DNA of 64,000 nt from Nitrosopumilaceae archaeon (GTDB lineage: Archaea > Thermoproteota > Nitrososphaeria > Nitrososphaerales > Nitrosopumilaceae). The notes under the pieces were generated by a model that worked only from the letters and a program-made list of their open reading frames with translations, searched no databases and had not been told where the DNA came from. The first letter of the stretch is position 1. Each line of letters opens with the position of its first letter. Both the position numbers and the translations under genes were made by a program. The DNA is taken from contig CBDBCR010000001.1 of NCBI GenBank assembly GCA_965203465.1, positions 544,001-608,000 of the forward strand, in the 5' to 3' direction. Shown piece by piece: positions 40,612-49,838 of this stretch.

Positions 40612-41865
40612 GTGGCAGCGGAAGCCGAATTCGTCCAGATAATAGTGGGCATCGGGATACTGCTCTTTGCGGCAAAGCTCATGGCGGAGCTGTTCTTGCG
40701 CCTAAAGCTGCCCATCGTGCTCGGCGAGCTGCTCGCCGGCATGATAGTGGGCCCGTTCGCCCTGGGCTCGTTCCTCACGTGGGACGGCCAGCATCTGCTC
40801 GAAATCGGGCCGGAGCTGAGGACGCTCGGGCAGATGGGCGCCATAGTGATACTGTTCATGGCCGGCCTCGAGATGACGCCGAAGGAGTTCATCAGGGGCG
40901 GCAAGGCCTCGTTCACGGTCGGCACGCTCGGCGTGGTGGTGCCGTTCTTCGTGGGCCTGCTCGCGTTCCAGTCGTTCGGCTACGACGCGCTCCAGTCGAT
41001 GATGATAGCCACGGCGCTGACCGCGACCAGCATCGCCATATCGATACAGGTGCTCAACGAGTTCGGCAAGATAAAGACGCCCGAGGCCAGGCTCATAATC
41101 GGCGCGGCCGTCATAGACGACATACTCGCCATAGCGGTGCTCTCGGTGGTCTCGTCGATCGCCGCGGACGGCAGCATAGACGACATCAGCATCACCGACG
41201 TGACGCTGACCATACTCGAGGTGCTCGGCTTCTTCGCGGCCATGCTGCTCGCCGCCGTGTTCCTGGTCCCCAAGATGGTCAGCCAAAAGCTGTGGAAGGC
41301 GCGGGGGGGCATAGAGGGGATAGTGACGGCCGTGTTCTTCGGCGCCGCGGCCCTGGCCGGATCGCTGGGCCTCTCGCCGATAGTCGGCGCGTTCGCCGTC
41401 GGCATGGCGCTCTCGACCACCAAGGTCTTCGAAAAGGTGGAGGACTACATAGGCAAGGTCGGCCTGATATTCGCGCCGCTCTTCTTTGCCATCATCGGCG
41501 CGGAAGTGGACTTTACAAAGATAGACGCCAACATACTGATGCTAAGCGGCATAGTCATAGTCATAGCGGTGGCCACAAAGATGCTCGGCTGCGGGCTGCC
41601 CGCCGCGTTCTTCCTCAAGGACCGCAGGCAGGGCATGCGCGTCGGCATAGGCATGGTCTCGCGCGGCGAGGTGGGCCTCATAGTGGCCGGCGTGGGGGTA
41701 TCGCTGAGCATACTGACCCCCGAGGTCTACTCTACCATCATACTGATGGTGGCCGTCACCACGATAATCACGCCGCTGTGGCTAAAGGTAGAGTACCGCC
41801 GGGAGGCGGCGAGGGGCGGGGGAGGCGAGCCTGCCGACGCGAAGCTGCCCGATCCAAAGGGCTAG
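40612..41865 (+). CDS. Cation:proton antiporter (CPA2/NapA-like)
   Basis: Many TM helices, ATSIAI, AAVIDD, RGEV. Confidence 0.9.
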   Translation: MAAEAEFVQIIVGIGILLFAAKLMAELFLRLKLPIVLGELLAGMIVGPFALGSFLTWDGQHLLEIGPELRTLGQMGAIVILFMAGLEMTPKEFIRGGKASFTVGTLGVVVPFFVGLLAFQSFGYDALQSMMIATALTATSIAISIQVLNEFGKIKTPEARLIIGAAVIDDILAIAVLSVVSSIAADGSIDDISITDVTLTILEVLGFFAAMLLAAVFLVPKMVSQKLWKARGGIEGIVTAVFFGAAALAGSLGLSPIVGAFAVGMALSTTKVFEKVEDYIGKVGLIFAPLFFAIIGAEVDFTKIDANILMLSGIVIVIAVATKMLGCGLPAAFFLKDRRQGMRVGIGMVSRGEVGLIVAGVGVSLSILTPEVYSTIILMVAVTTIITPLWLKVEYRREAARGGGGEPADAKLPDPKG

Positions 41866-41931
41866 CGCCCTTGGCACTATGAGGCGATTTTTTACCACTA
41901 GTTTAAATATAGGCGGCGCCCCACCACGCGC

Positions 41932-42837
41932 GTGAAGGTCTTGGCGCTTGCAGCGGCGGCAGCGTTCCTGCTCGCAGGATCGGCGGCCTCGGCCCAAGAG
42001 GCGCCGCCGTCTTGGGTGCGCGAAAACGCCGGGTACTGGTCCGAGGGGATACTGGACGACGCCGCGTTCCTCGACGGGATAAAGTACCTGATAGACAACG
42101 GCATAATGACGGTGCCCCGCACCGACGTGGAGGCCGCGCCGGGCGACGGGGCGGTCCCGTCGTGGATAAAGAGCAACGCGGCCCTGTGGGCCTCGGGCCA
42201 GCTGGACGACGCCTCGTTCATGGGCGGCATCGGGTACCTGGTGGGAGCCGGCGTCATCGCGCTAGATCAGCAACGGGACGCGGGCAGCCCGCCGTCCGGA
42301 TCTGAGCCGTCCGACTCCGAGCTGGCCCGCCTGCAGGCGGAGCTGGACGCGTGCGACGAGATCAAAAAGGCCGTAACCCGGCTGGACTGCCAGGACGGGG
42401 CGCGCCACGCCATCGCGGTCTATTCGTACAAGTCCCAGTACGAGCCGCTCAGCGTGGGCCCGATCAACTACTACTGGGGCGGCATCGGCAGCGAGGGCAA
42501 CGAGTTCGAGATCAGCCCGACCGGCCAGGCCCTCCTGTCCATACGCATGCTGGCCGAGAACACCTCGTCGGAGAACGTCGCGCTCGCCTGCACCAGCCCT
42601 CAGATCTGCGCCTACGACGTCTGGGACGGGCAGTCGGAGTTCAAGTATTCGGGAATGGACTTTACCAACGGCCAGATACTGGTGAGGCCCGGCGACGCCA
42701 AAGAGTTCAACATGCTCTTCGGGCCCGACATAGGGTACGGCGGGACGCAGTTCGTCTACGATCCGGGAAGGGACTACGTGTTCCGGATAAGCGAGGGGTT
42801 CGGCAGCGCTTCGGTGCCGCTGGGGCTCGGCAGATAG
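41932..42837 (+). CDS. Thaumarchaeal exported protein with two PSW(I/V)-NA-W repeats
   Basis: Signal peptide; PSWVRENAGYW and PSWIKSNAALW repeats. Confidence 0.8.
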   Translation: MKVLALAAAAAFLLAGSAASAQEAPPSWVRENAGYWSEGILDDAAFLDGIKYLIDNGIMTVPRTDVEAAPGDGAVPSWIKSNAALWASGQLDDASFMGGIGYLVGAGVIALDQQRDAGSPPSGSEPSDSELARLQAELDACDEIKKAVTRLDCQDGARHAIAVYSYKSQYEPLSVGPINYYWGGIGSEGNEFEISPTGQALLSIRMLAENTSSENVALACTSPQICAYDVWDGQSEFKYSGMDFTNGQILVRPGDAKEFNMLFGPDIGYGGTQFVYDPGRDYVFRISEGFGSASVPLGLGR

Positions 42838-42855
42838 CCTCCCGGAGAAGCGGCA

Positions 42856-43695
42856 ATGGTTTACGTCAGGACAAAGAGCGTCGGGGGGGAAAAATACTCC
42901 TACATCGTAAAGAGCGTCTGGGATCCTGACCGCGGCGGCCCGCGCCAAAAGATAGTAAAGTACCTGGGCAAGTCCTCGCAGATCTCCGCGCTGGACATAC
43001 CGGCAGAGTACGCCAGCGAGCCCAAGGTGCGCGAGTTCGTCGATTCGCTGTCGGGCAGGGCCTCGGGGCGCACGCTCGACCTTGACCGAGCCAGGGCCGA
43101 CCTGCTCGAGGCGGCGCTGTCGGGCAGCACCGACTCCGCCCTGCGCGTGCGCGACGGGTGGGAATCGGCGCACGGCATCATCGCATTCTACGACTTGGTG
43201 CTCAGGCCCGTCATGTACAGGGTCGGCGATCTGTGGATGTCCGGCTCGATAGGCGTGGGCGACGAGCACGTCGCGAGCAACGTGGCCTCGATGCTGGTGC
43301 GCGAGGCGCGGCCGGTCAAGCGCAGGTCCGGCAGCGTGCTCATATGCACGCCCGTCGGCGAGGAGCACAGCATCGGGTGCGCCATACTGGAGGCGGCCCT
43401 CTCCGAGTCGGGGCTGCACGTCTGCAACATGGCCCCGTCGGCGCCCGCGGCCGAGGTGGCAAAGTTCGTCCTGGAGCACCGACCGGACCTGGTGCTCGTC
43501 TCGGTGACCGCCGGGGACAACGTGGCCGCCGCCAAGCGCCTGGTCAAAAAGCTGACCGGGATCGTCGGGGCCCGGGTCATGGCCGGCGGGCAGGGCGCGG
43601 CCGGCAGATCCGACCTCGGCTGCCCCGTCGTATCCGATCAGTCCCTCGAGCAGACTGTGCGCTCGGTGCGCTCGGCAGTCTTCGGCAGGCTTTAA
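42856..43695 (+). CDS. Cobalamin-binding domain protein with N-terminal putative nucleic-acid-binding domain
   Basis: W..G.I.VGDEH cap motif plus GEEHSIG B12-binding Rossmann motif. Confidence 0.85.
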   Translation: MVYVRTKSVGGEKYSYIVKSVWDPDRGGPRQKIVKYLGKSSQISALDIPAEYASEPKVREFVDSLSGRASGRTLDLDRARADLLEAALSGSTDSALRVRDGWESAHGIIAFYDLVLRPVMYRVGDLWMSGSIGVGDEHVASNVASMLVREARPVKRRSGSVLICTPVGEEHSIGCAILEAALSESGLHVCNMAPSAPAAEVAKFVLEHRPDLVLVSVTAGDNVAAAKRLVKKLTGIVGARVMAGGQGAAGRSDLGCPVVSDQSLEQTVRSVRSAVFGRL

Positions 43696-43721
43696 ATCGG
43701 CCGGGGCCGCCGCCCGGGCCG

Positions 43722-43844
43722 GTGGCCGGCCTCGACTTTTCGTGCCAGTTCTGCGGCAGGGGCTTCGGCTCGGACGTCATGGCCCTGGCCCGGCACATCG
43801 GCGACGAGCACGACCGGCGCCCGCCGGCGCGCGACATTCAATAG
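43722..43844 (+). CDS. Small C2H2-type zinc-finger protein
   Basis: CQFC...HIGDEH. Confidence 0.6.
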   Translation: MAGLDFSCQFCGRGFGSDVMALARHIGDEHDRRPPARDIQ

Positions 43845-43866
43845 TGGCCGGGCCCGCAGGCGGGGC

Positions 43867-43965
43867 GTGTCCCGGATAAAGGCCATAGCCGCCTGGGTAG
43901 CCATCATCGGCGGCGGGATAGCGTTCTACTTTTTCTACGGGGTCGCCGCCGAATGGATGAGGTAG
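43867..43965 (+). CDS. Small membrane peptide (32 aa)
   Basis: MSRIKAIAAWVAIIGGGIAFYFFYGVAAEWMR. Confidence 0.55.
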   Translation: MSRIKAIAAWVAIIGGGIAFYFFYGVAAEWMR

Positions 43966-44402
43966 GGCCCGTAACGCAGGAGATGAAAGAGTTCCTCCGC
44001 AAGAGGCGCCTGGCCTACGTGGCGACCGTCTCGCCGGACGGCTCGCCCAACCTCTCGCCAAAGGGGACGGTGCTGGCCATCGATTCGCGCAGCCTGGTCT
44101 TTGCCGACATACGCTCGCCGCGCACCGTCTCGAACCTCGCGGCCAACCCGGCAGTCGAGATAAACTCGGTGGATCCGGTCTCGCGCAGGGGGTACCGGTT
44201 CGCCGGCAGGGCCAGGTTGCTCGGGCGAGGCGAGCCCGAGCTTGAAAAGGCCGCCGCCATGTACGCGCAGATGGGCGTGCGCTCTGAGGTGCGCGGCGTG
44301 GTGCTCGTCTCGGTGGAGAGGGCCTCGGAGGTGACGTCCCCCGTCTACGACCTGGGCGACACCGAGGAGCAGGTGCGCAAGGCCTGGTCAGGCAGGATCT
44401 GA
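43953..44402 (+). CDS. Pyridoxamine 5'-phosphate oxidase-family FMN-binding protein
   Basis: VATVSPDGSPNLSPKG, T..NL..NP. Confidence 0.85.
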   Translation: MDEVGPVTQEMKEFLRKRRLAYVATVSPDGSPNLSPKGTVLAIDSRSLVFADIRSPRTVSNLAANPAVEINSVDPVSRRGYRFAGRARLLGRGEPELEKAAAMYAQMGVRSEVRGVVLVSVERASEVTSPVYDLGDTEEQVRKAWSGRI

Positions 44403-45032
44403 CTCGCCGAGGCGCGCGCGCAGGCGGGCCACCTCAGCCTCGGCGGCCTCGAGCCTGGAGCGCATCGAGGCCACCACGGCGCTGGCAGCCTCGACCACGC
44501 CGCGCGGCTCCGCCTCTGCGGGCGGCGCGGGGCCGGCCTGCGCCCTTGCGGCCTCGACCGCCGCCAGTTCCCGGCGGGCCGCGGCCTTGCTGGCCTCGAG
44601 CTCGTCTAGGGCCGCGCGCGCGCTCGCGGCCTCCTGCAGGGCGCGCGCGCGAGACTCCCTGGCCTCTTCCAGGTCGGACTTGGCGCGGCCCAGCGCCTCT
44701 TGTGCCGACGCGAGCTCGTCGAGCTTCTGCTTGCCGCGCCTGCACTCTTTGTCCATCTGCTCGGCGCGCGACTTTGCTATCGCGTACCTGCGCTCCAGCG
44801 ACTCGGCCCTGTCGCGCTCCTCGTTGGCCTCGCGCCGGACCGACATCAGGTCCGAGACGGTCTGGTCGTACTCTGACTTTACGTCCGCGAGGCGCTTTGC
44901 GAGCTCGTCAAGCTCCGAGCGCCGCTCGACTATGCGCGCGCCCAGCTCTTCTGCCTCGCGCGCCTTTTCGGCCGCGCCGTCGCCGGGCTCTGGGGCCGGC
45001 TCGGCCTCGGGGCGGCGGCCGAACAGCCTCAC
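44388..45032 (-). CDS. Coiled-coil hypothetical protein
   Basis: Long heptad-rich sequence. Confidence 0.7.
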   Translation of the reverse strand: MRLFGRRPEAEPAPEPGDGAAEKAREAEELGARIVERRSELDELAKRLADVKSEYDQTVSDLMSVRREANEERDRAESLERRYAIAKSRAEQMDKECRRGKQKLDELASAQEALGRAKSDLEEARESRARALQEAASARAALDELEASKAAARRELAAVEAARAQAGPAPPAEAEPRGVVEAASAVVASMRSRLEAAEAEVARLRARLGESDPA

Positions 45033-45223
45033 CTGCCACCCCTCCGCACGAAGCGCAGGTAGAACCCGAGCCCGCCTACGGCAAAGCCGAAGCCTATGGC
45101 CGCCGCGCCCAGCCCGGGGCTGTCCTGCAGGTACAGCGGCGCGGTGATGAATATCAACGCGCCTAAAAGTATCAGGAAGAACCCGCCGCTGCCGCGCGAG
45201 CGGCCCGGAGCCCTGTGCGCCAT
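45029..45223 (-). CDS. Small two-TM membrane protein
   Basis: Two hydrophobic segments. Confidence 0.65.
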   Translation of the reverse strand: MAHRAPGRSRGSGGFFLILLGALIFITAPLYLQDSPGLGAAAIGFGFAVGGLGFYLRFVRRGGR

Positions 45224-46782
45224 CAGAGCGCCCCCCTTATGGCGGAGGCCGCGCGCGCGCGCCCCATCTCGGATATGAGCGGCCCCAGCCGCGGGCCGCG
45301 CGGCCTGCCGAGCAGTATCATGTAGAGCAGCTCAAAGACGTCCTTTGCGCCCACGCCGCCCTGCTCTGCCGCCGCGCGCACCAGATCCGGGACGTCCCCG
45401 CCCCCCTCCAGCCCGTCGGCGAGGCCCGCGAGCGGCGCGCGCATGCCCTCGGGGATCCGGGCCTCGCCGGCGCCGGACATAAAGTCGTCGGCAAAGTTGC
45501 CCGCGCGCTCTATCATGCCGGCGATCCCGGGGGCGCCCGCGTCGATGCCGGCGGCCTCGAGCCTCCTGCAGACGCGCGCGGCCCTGTCCTCCGCAAACAC
45601 CGAGCACAGCCGCGCGAGCATCGCGTAGTCGACGCGCGGGCGCGGCCCGCCGGGTGGGCGCAGCAGGTGGACGTACTCGTACAGGCCGCGCATGCGATCG
45701 AGGCGCTCGGCGCCCGGCTCGCGCCCGCGCCCAAAGTACACGTCCTCGAGGGAATCGTACTCTGCCTCCAGCGACGGTATGTCCTCCAGGCCCAGCTCGC
45801 GCGCGCCGCTTATCCTCTTGTACAGCAGCAGCAGCAGCGACTGCGGCGTGCCGTACCGCAGCCACGCCTGCGCGGTGACCACGTTGCCCGACGACTTTGA
45901 GATCTTGCGCCCGCCCCTGTCGAGGAACATCTCGTACTTTGCGTGGTGCGGCGGGGCCCTGCCCAGCACGTCCGAGCAGACCCAGTCGTTTACGCGCACC
46001 GAATCCATGATGTCCTTGCCGTACGCCTCGAAGCGCACGTCCAGCGCGGCCCACCGCGCCGCAAACTCGACCTTCCACGCGAGCTTGCCCGGATCCTCGC
46101 CGAGGCGCGCCCTTCCCCGGTGCCCGCACCCCTCCACCGACAGCCCGCCTATGCGGGCCCCGGAGCACTCGTATTCCACCGCGCGGCCCCGCTCGTCGTA
46201 CGATGCGGCCTCTGCGGTGTACAGCCGGCCGCACCGCGAGCAGACGGGGTGGTACGGCGGCCGGCCCGAGTACTTTGACTGCCCCGTAAGCTCTGCTATT
46301 TTTTCGCCTATCCTGCCGCTGCTGCTCAGTATGGCGTGGGACTGCTCGTCCAGCTCGCCCGCAGAGTACACCTCCGAGGCCCTCCTGTGCGTGTACGATA
46401 TACCCAGAGAGTCGAGGCCCTCGAGCAGAAGCGAGGACATGTGCTCGCCGTACGAGCCGTGGCAGCCGCCCGGATCCGGCACAGACGAGACCGGCTCTGC
46501 GATGTGATCGCCGAGCCAGCCGGGCATCCCGTCGGGGACCTTGCGCAGCCCGTCCATGTCGTCCGAGTACGCCACAAGCTCGGAGCCGTACCCCATGTCA
46601 CGCAGGGCCAGGCTGACGCCGTAGGCGCGCACCGCGTCGCCGAGGCTGCCCACGTGCGGCACGCCCGAGGCGCCCAGCCCGCTCTCGACGCGCACCATGT
46701 CGAGGCTGCGGCCCAGCTTTTTCTCGCGATCTATAAGCTCGGATGCAAGCTTGTCTATCCAGGTGCCCCTTCCTATCTTCAA
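45223..46782 (-). CDS. lysS: Lysine--tRNA ligase, class I
   Basis: SGVPHVG, KLAWKVEF..RW, KISKS.GN. Confidence 0.93.
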   Translation of the reverse strand: MKIGRGTWIDKLASELIDREKKLGRSLDMVRVESGLGASGVPHVGSLGDAVRAYGVSLALRDMGYGSELVAYSDDMDGLRKVPDGMPGWLGDHIAEPVSSVPDPGGCHGSYGEHMSSLLLEGLDSLGISYTHRRASEVYSAGELDEQSHAILSSSGRIGEKIAELTGQSKYSGRPPYHPVCSRCGRLYTAEAASYDERGRAVEYECSGARIGGLSVEGCGHRGRARLGEDPGKLAWKVEFAARWAALDVRFEAYGKDIMDSVRVNDWVCSDVLGRAPPHHAKYEMFLDRGGRKISKSSGNVVTAQAWLRYGTPQSLLLLLYKRISGARELGLEDIPSLEAEYDSLEDVYFGRGREPGAERLDRMRGLYEYVHLLRPPGGPRPRVDYAMLARLCSVFAEDRAARVCRRLEAAGIDAGAPGIAGMIERAGNFADDFMSGAGEARIPEGMRAPLAGLADGLEGGGDVPDLVRAAAEQGGVGAKDVFELLYMILLGRPRGPRLGPLISEMGRARAASAIRGAL

Positions 46783-48302
46783 CGCAGATCCCTTGCCATG
46801 TACGGGCCGCGCCGCTCGTACCCCAGGCGCCGGTAGTACGGGCGCACGCCGGCCGCGCTGAGCACCAGCAGGCGCCGCGCGCCGGCCTCGCGCGCGATGC
46901 CCTCGGCCTCTGCCATCAGCCTGGCGCCGAGCCCCCTGTGCTGTATGCCGCCCCTGCCGCCGAGCGGCAGCGACCTGCCGTACACGTGCAGCTCGCGCAC
47001 CACGGCCGCGCCCGCAAGCTCGGGCCGGTGCGGACTGCGGGGCTCGCGCACCCGCACGAACCCCTGTATCCCGCCGCCCTCCATGGATACAAAGTGCTCG
47101 GCCCCCCCAGAGGCCGAGTACCGCTCGCGCAGCATCCGGGGCTCGCATGGCGCGCCGGCCTCGCGGCAGCGTATGCACCTGCACGCCAGCCCCTCTTTTT
47201 CCATGAACGCGCGCACCTCCTGGCGCAGGTTGCCCCGGCGCGGGCCGGCCGAGATCTGGCTCGGCTGCATCTCGCGCTGTATCCTCATGATGCGCGCCCA
47301 CGGCGGCACGCGCGACTTTGCCAGCGCCAGCGTGCGCACCAGATCCTCGTGCGGGTAGGGCTCGTACTGCCCGCGCTCGTGCTGCTCGTGGAGCAGGGTG
47401 CCGGGCAGCGCCAGCGCGGGGTAAATCTTTAGCATGTCGGGCCGGAAGGCCGGATCCGAGAACAGGCGGGTCAGGTCCTCCAAGTCTTTTTCGGGCGTGG
47501 CCGTCGGCAGGCCCGGCATCATGTGGGCCACTATCTTGTACCCGGAATCGCGCGCGGAGGCGAACGCCTCGCGCACCTCGGCCACGCCGTGGCCGCGGTT
47601 GACCAGGCGCAGCACATCCTCGCGCAGCGACTGCACGCCAAGCTCCACGCGCGTCACGCCGCACTCGAGCATGTCGTCTATGTGGGAGGGCCCGCACCAG
47701 TCCGGCTTGGTCTCTACGGAAAAGCCCACGCTGCGCGAGGGCGCCGATTCGTTTGCGAGCTGCGCCGATGCCAGCGTCGGCGAGGCGTGCCCGTTGAGCG
47801 CGTCGTAGCACGACTTCGCGAACCACGCGCGGTACCGGCGGGGCAAAAACATGAACGTGCCGCCGACCACTACCATCTCCACCTTGGACGTGTCGTGGCC
47901 CGCGGCGGCGAGGCGCGCCAGGCCGTCGCCCGCCTGCAGCCGCGGATCGTAGCCGCGCGCCATCGCGCCGGCGGCCGACGGCTCGAGGCCCGTGTAGCTG
48001 TTGGGCGTGCCCGCGGCCGGCCCTCCGGGGCAGTAGGTGCACCTTCCGTGGGGGCAGGCGTACGGCATCGGCATGACCGTCACGACGGCCACGCCCGAGC
48101 CGGTCCTGACCGGCTTGCTCGCGAGCGTCTGCCGGAGGCGCCCGCCTGCGGCGCGCGCGAGTATCTCGCGGTTGCGCGGTATGCGCTCGGGCGAGTGCCT
48201 GGCGCACGCGCTCATGATCACCCGGCGCGCGTCCGAGCCGGGCCTCTCCTCCAGGTTCCGCACTATCTCTTGGCACGCCCTCTCGAAGCGCTCGGACTCC
48301 AC
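46779..48302 (-). CDS. elp3: Elp3 radical SAM/KAT tRNA U34 modification enzyme
   Basis: CPHGRCTYCPGG, ELGVQS, RELHVYG, QHRGLG. Confidence 0.93.
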   Translation of the reverse strand: MESERFERACQEIVRNLEERPGSDARRVIMSACARHSPERIPRNREILARAAGGRLRQTLASKPVRTGSGVAVVTVMPMPYACPHGRCTYCPGGPAAGTPNSYTGLEPSAAGAMARGYDPRLQAGDGLARLAAAGHDTSKVEMVVVGGTFMFLPRRYRAWFAKSCYDALNGHASPTLASAQLANESAPSRSVGFSVETKPDWCGPSHIDDMLECGVTRVELGVQSLREDVLRLVNRGHGVAEVREAFASARDSGYKIVAHMMPGLPTATPEKDLEDLTRLFSDPAFRPDMLKIYPALALPGTLLHEQHERGQYEPYPHEDLVRTLALAKSRVPPWARIMRIQREMQPSQISAGPRRGNLRQEVRAFMEKEGLACRCIRCREAGAPCEPRMLRERYSASGGAEHFVSMEGGGIQGFVRVREPRSPHRPELAGAAVVRELHVYGRSLPLGGRGGIQHRGLGARLMAEAEGIAREAGARRLLVLSAAGVRPYYRRLGYERRGPYMARDLR

Positions 48303-48374
48303 GGCGGGCCCCGGGCGCGGCCGGAATAAATGCCTTGTATTGGTTTTAATACGGCCCGCGCCCGCAGAGCCGCC

Positions 48375-48680
48375 GTGACCGTCGTGGTGACCTCTATGCC
48401 GGGCGGCATAGCGCAGGTGTTCAACCCCGATACGGGCAGGATCACGTACAAGTGCAAGTCCGAGCGGGGAGCGGTAATGGAGATAGAGGCGCTCGGAGGC
48501 GTGGTGCGCTTTTTCGGCAGGGGCTCGAGCGCCGCGGTGGCCGGCCCGTCGGCCGAGCTGCACGAATGCGAGGTGCTGTCGGAGGGCGACGAGGGGTACG
48601 CAGAGGCGGTCGCCGAGGCCGGGCGCTGCCGCGCAGAGTTTGCGCGCGAGCGCATAGCCGAGCTGCAAAAGAGCCTATAG
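48375..48680 (+). CDS. Hypothetical protein
   Basis: Natural composition, divergent promoter at ~48326-48352. Confidence 0.55.
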   Translation: MTVVVTSMPGGIAQVFNPDTGRITYKCKSERGAVMEIEALGGVVRFFGRGSSAAVAGPSAELHECEVLSEGDEGYAEAVAEAGRCRAEFARERIAELQKSL

Positions 48681-48755
48681 AGGTTATGCGCAATCTACCA
48701 AATCTCGAATATCCGTGCCTAGAAAAACTCAACCGGCGCGTTTACGCATAGACTC

Positions 48756-49559
48756 TTATGACTTTGTGCACGAGGCCACCAGGTAGTCTATGGCGCCGCG
48801 CTCCGAGGCGCGCGCCATGCTGCGCAGCGAGGCGTTGAGTATCTTTTCCACGTATCCGGGGTACTGCGAGCGTATCCTGCCCGCTATGGACGCGCGGTGC
48901 GAGCTGTAGTGGCGCCAGAGCGGCGCGTACACCCTGCCGCCGGCCCGCTCCACCGAATCGACGCGAAAGCTAGCGCGCAGCAGCTCCTGGACGCGCCCGG
49001 CGTCGTGGCGCTGCGAGGGCCACGTGGCCCCGAGCAGGCCGAGGCCGCCCCCCGTGGCGACCGGCACGGCCACCACGAGCCTCCCGCCGGGGCGCAGCAC
49101 GCGCAGCGACTCGCCGACGAAATCCGGCATCCTCCCAAAGTGCTGGGCCGACTCCAGGGCGATGACCGCGTCGGCGCACCCGCCGCGCAGGGGCAGCTTT
49201 TGCGCGTCGGCGCAGACGCCGCCGGCGGCGTGCGCGAAGTTGATGTCGGCGCGCAGCACGTCCAGCGGCCCGAACTCCGCGTTCCAGATCCGGGCGGGCT
49301 CGCCGTAGCCGCACCCCGCGTCGACTACGGTCTGCCCGGGCCCGAGCCGGGCGAGCTCGCCGGTCTTTAGCGCCATGCGCCTCTGCGCCTCGGCCGGCCC
49401 GTCGCCTTCGTCCCAGTACCCGAAGTTGAGCATCGTGCCGCCGGTCGCCAGGCGCATTATGGCGGACAGAGAATCGTACATGCGTATGACGTCGCGGCCG
49501 CTCCTGCGCAGCACCCACGGCACCATGTCCAGCACGGACGGCGTGCGGGCCGGCGCCAT
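48756..49559 (-). CDS. Class I SAM-dependent methyltransferase (sterol/tocopherol-MT-like)
   Basis: LNFGYW, VDAGCGYG, ESAQHF, LRPGG. Confidence 0.88.
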   Translation of the reverse strand: MAPARTPSVLDMVPWVLRRSGRDVIRMYDSLSAIMRLATGGTMLNFGYWDEGDGPAEAQRRMALKTGELARLGPGQTVVDAGCGYGEPARIWNAEFGPLDVLRADINFAHAAGGVCADAQKLPLRGGCADAVIALESAQHFGRMPDFVGESLRVLRPGGRLVVAVPVATGGGLGLLGATWPSQRHDAGRVQELLRASFRVDSVERAGGRVYAPLWRHYSSHRASIAGRIRSQYPGYVEKILNASLRSMARASERGAIDYLVASCTKS

Positions 49560-49606
49560 CGGTGAACCGTCCAACCGCAAGGCCGGCCCGGCGCGCCGGT
49601 ATTAAC

Positions 49607-49730
49607 GTTGGGCGCCAAGCGTAAGCGGTCAGGTCGTGGGATAGCCTAGTCACGAAAAAGCGCCGCAGGCGGATCTGGCCGTGCCTAAACGCAAGCCAGG
49701 CCTGACCGGCTACCGCCACGCGTCGCCAAC
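49607..49730 (+). ncRNA. Candidate structured non-coding RNA of unknown family
   Basis: Nested stems GUUGG-GCG/CGCCAAC and GGUCAGGUC/GGCCUGACC enclosing three hairpins; G-U wobbles favour the plus strand. Confidence 0.5.
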
Positions 49731-49763
49731 GAATATTACCGGAAAGAGAGGCCGGCCCCGCGC

Positions 49764-49835
49764 GGCCTTCGTCGTATAATGGCAGTATAGGGGATTGTGG
49801 CTCCCCGGACAGGGGTTCGATTCCCCTCGAAGGCC
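49764..49835 (+). tRNA. tRNA-His(GTG) with genomically encoded G-1
   Basis: GCCTTCG/CGAAGGC stem, GGGGA-TTGTGGC-TCCCC anticodon arm, GGTTCGATTCC, discriminator C. Confidence 0.95.
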
Positions 49836-49838
49836 TTT

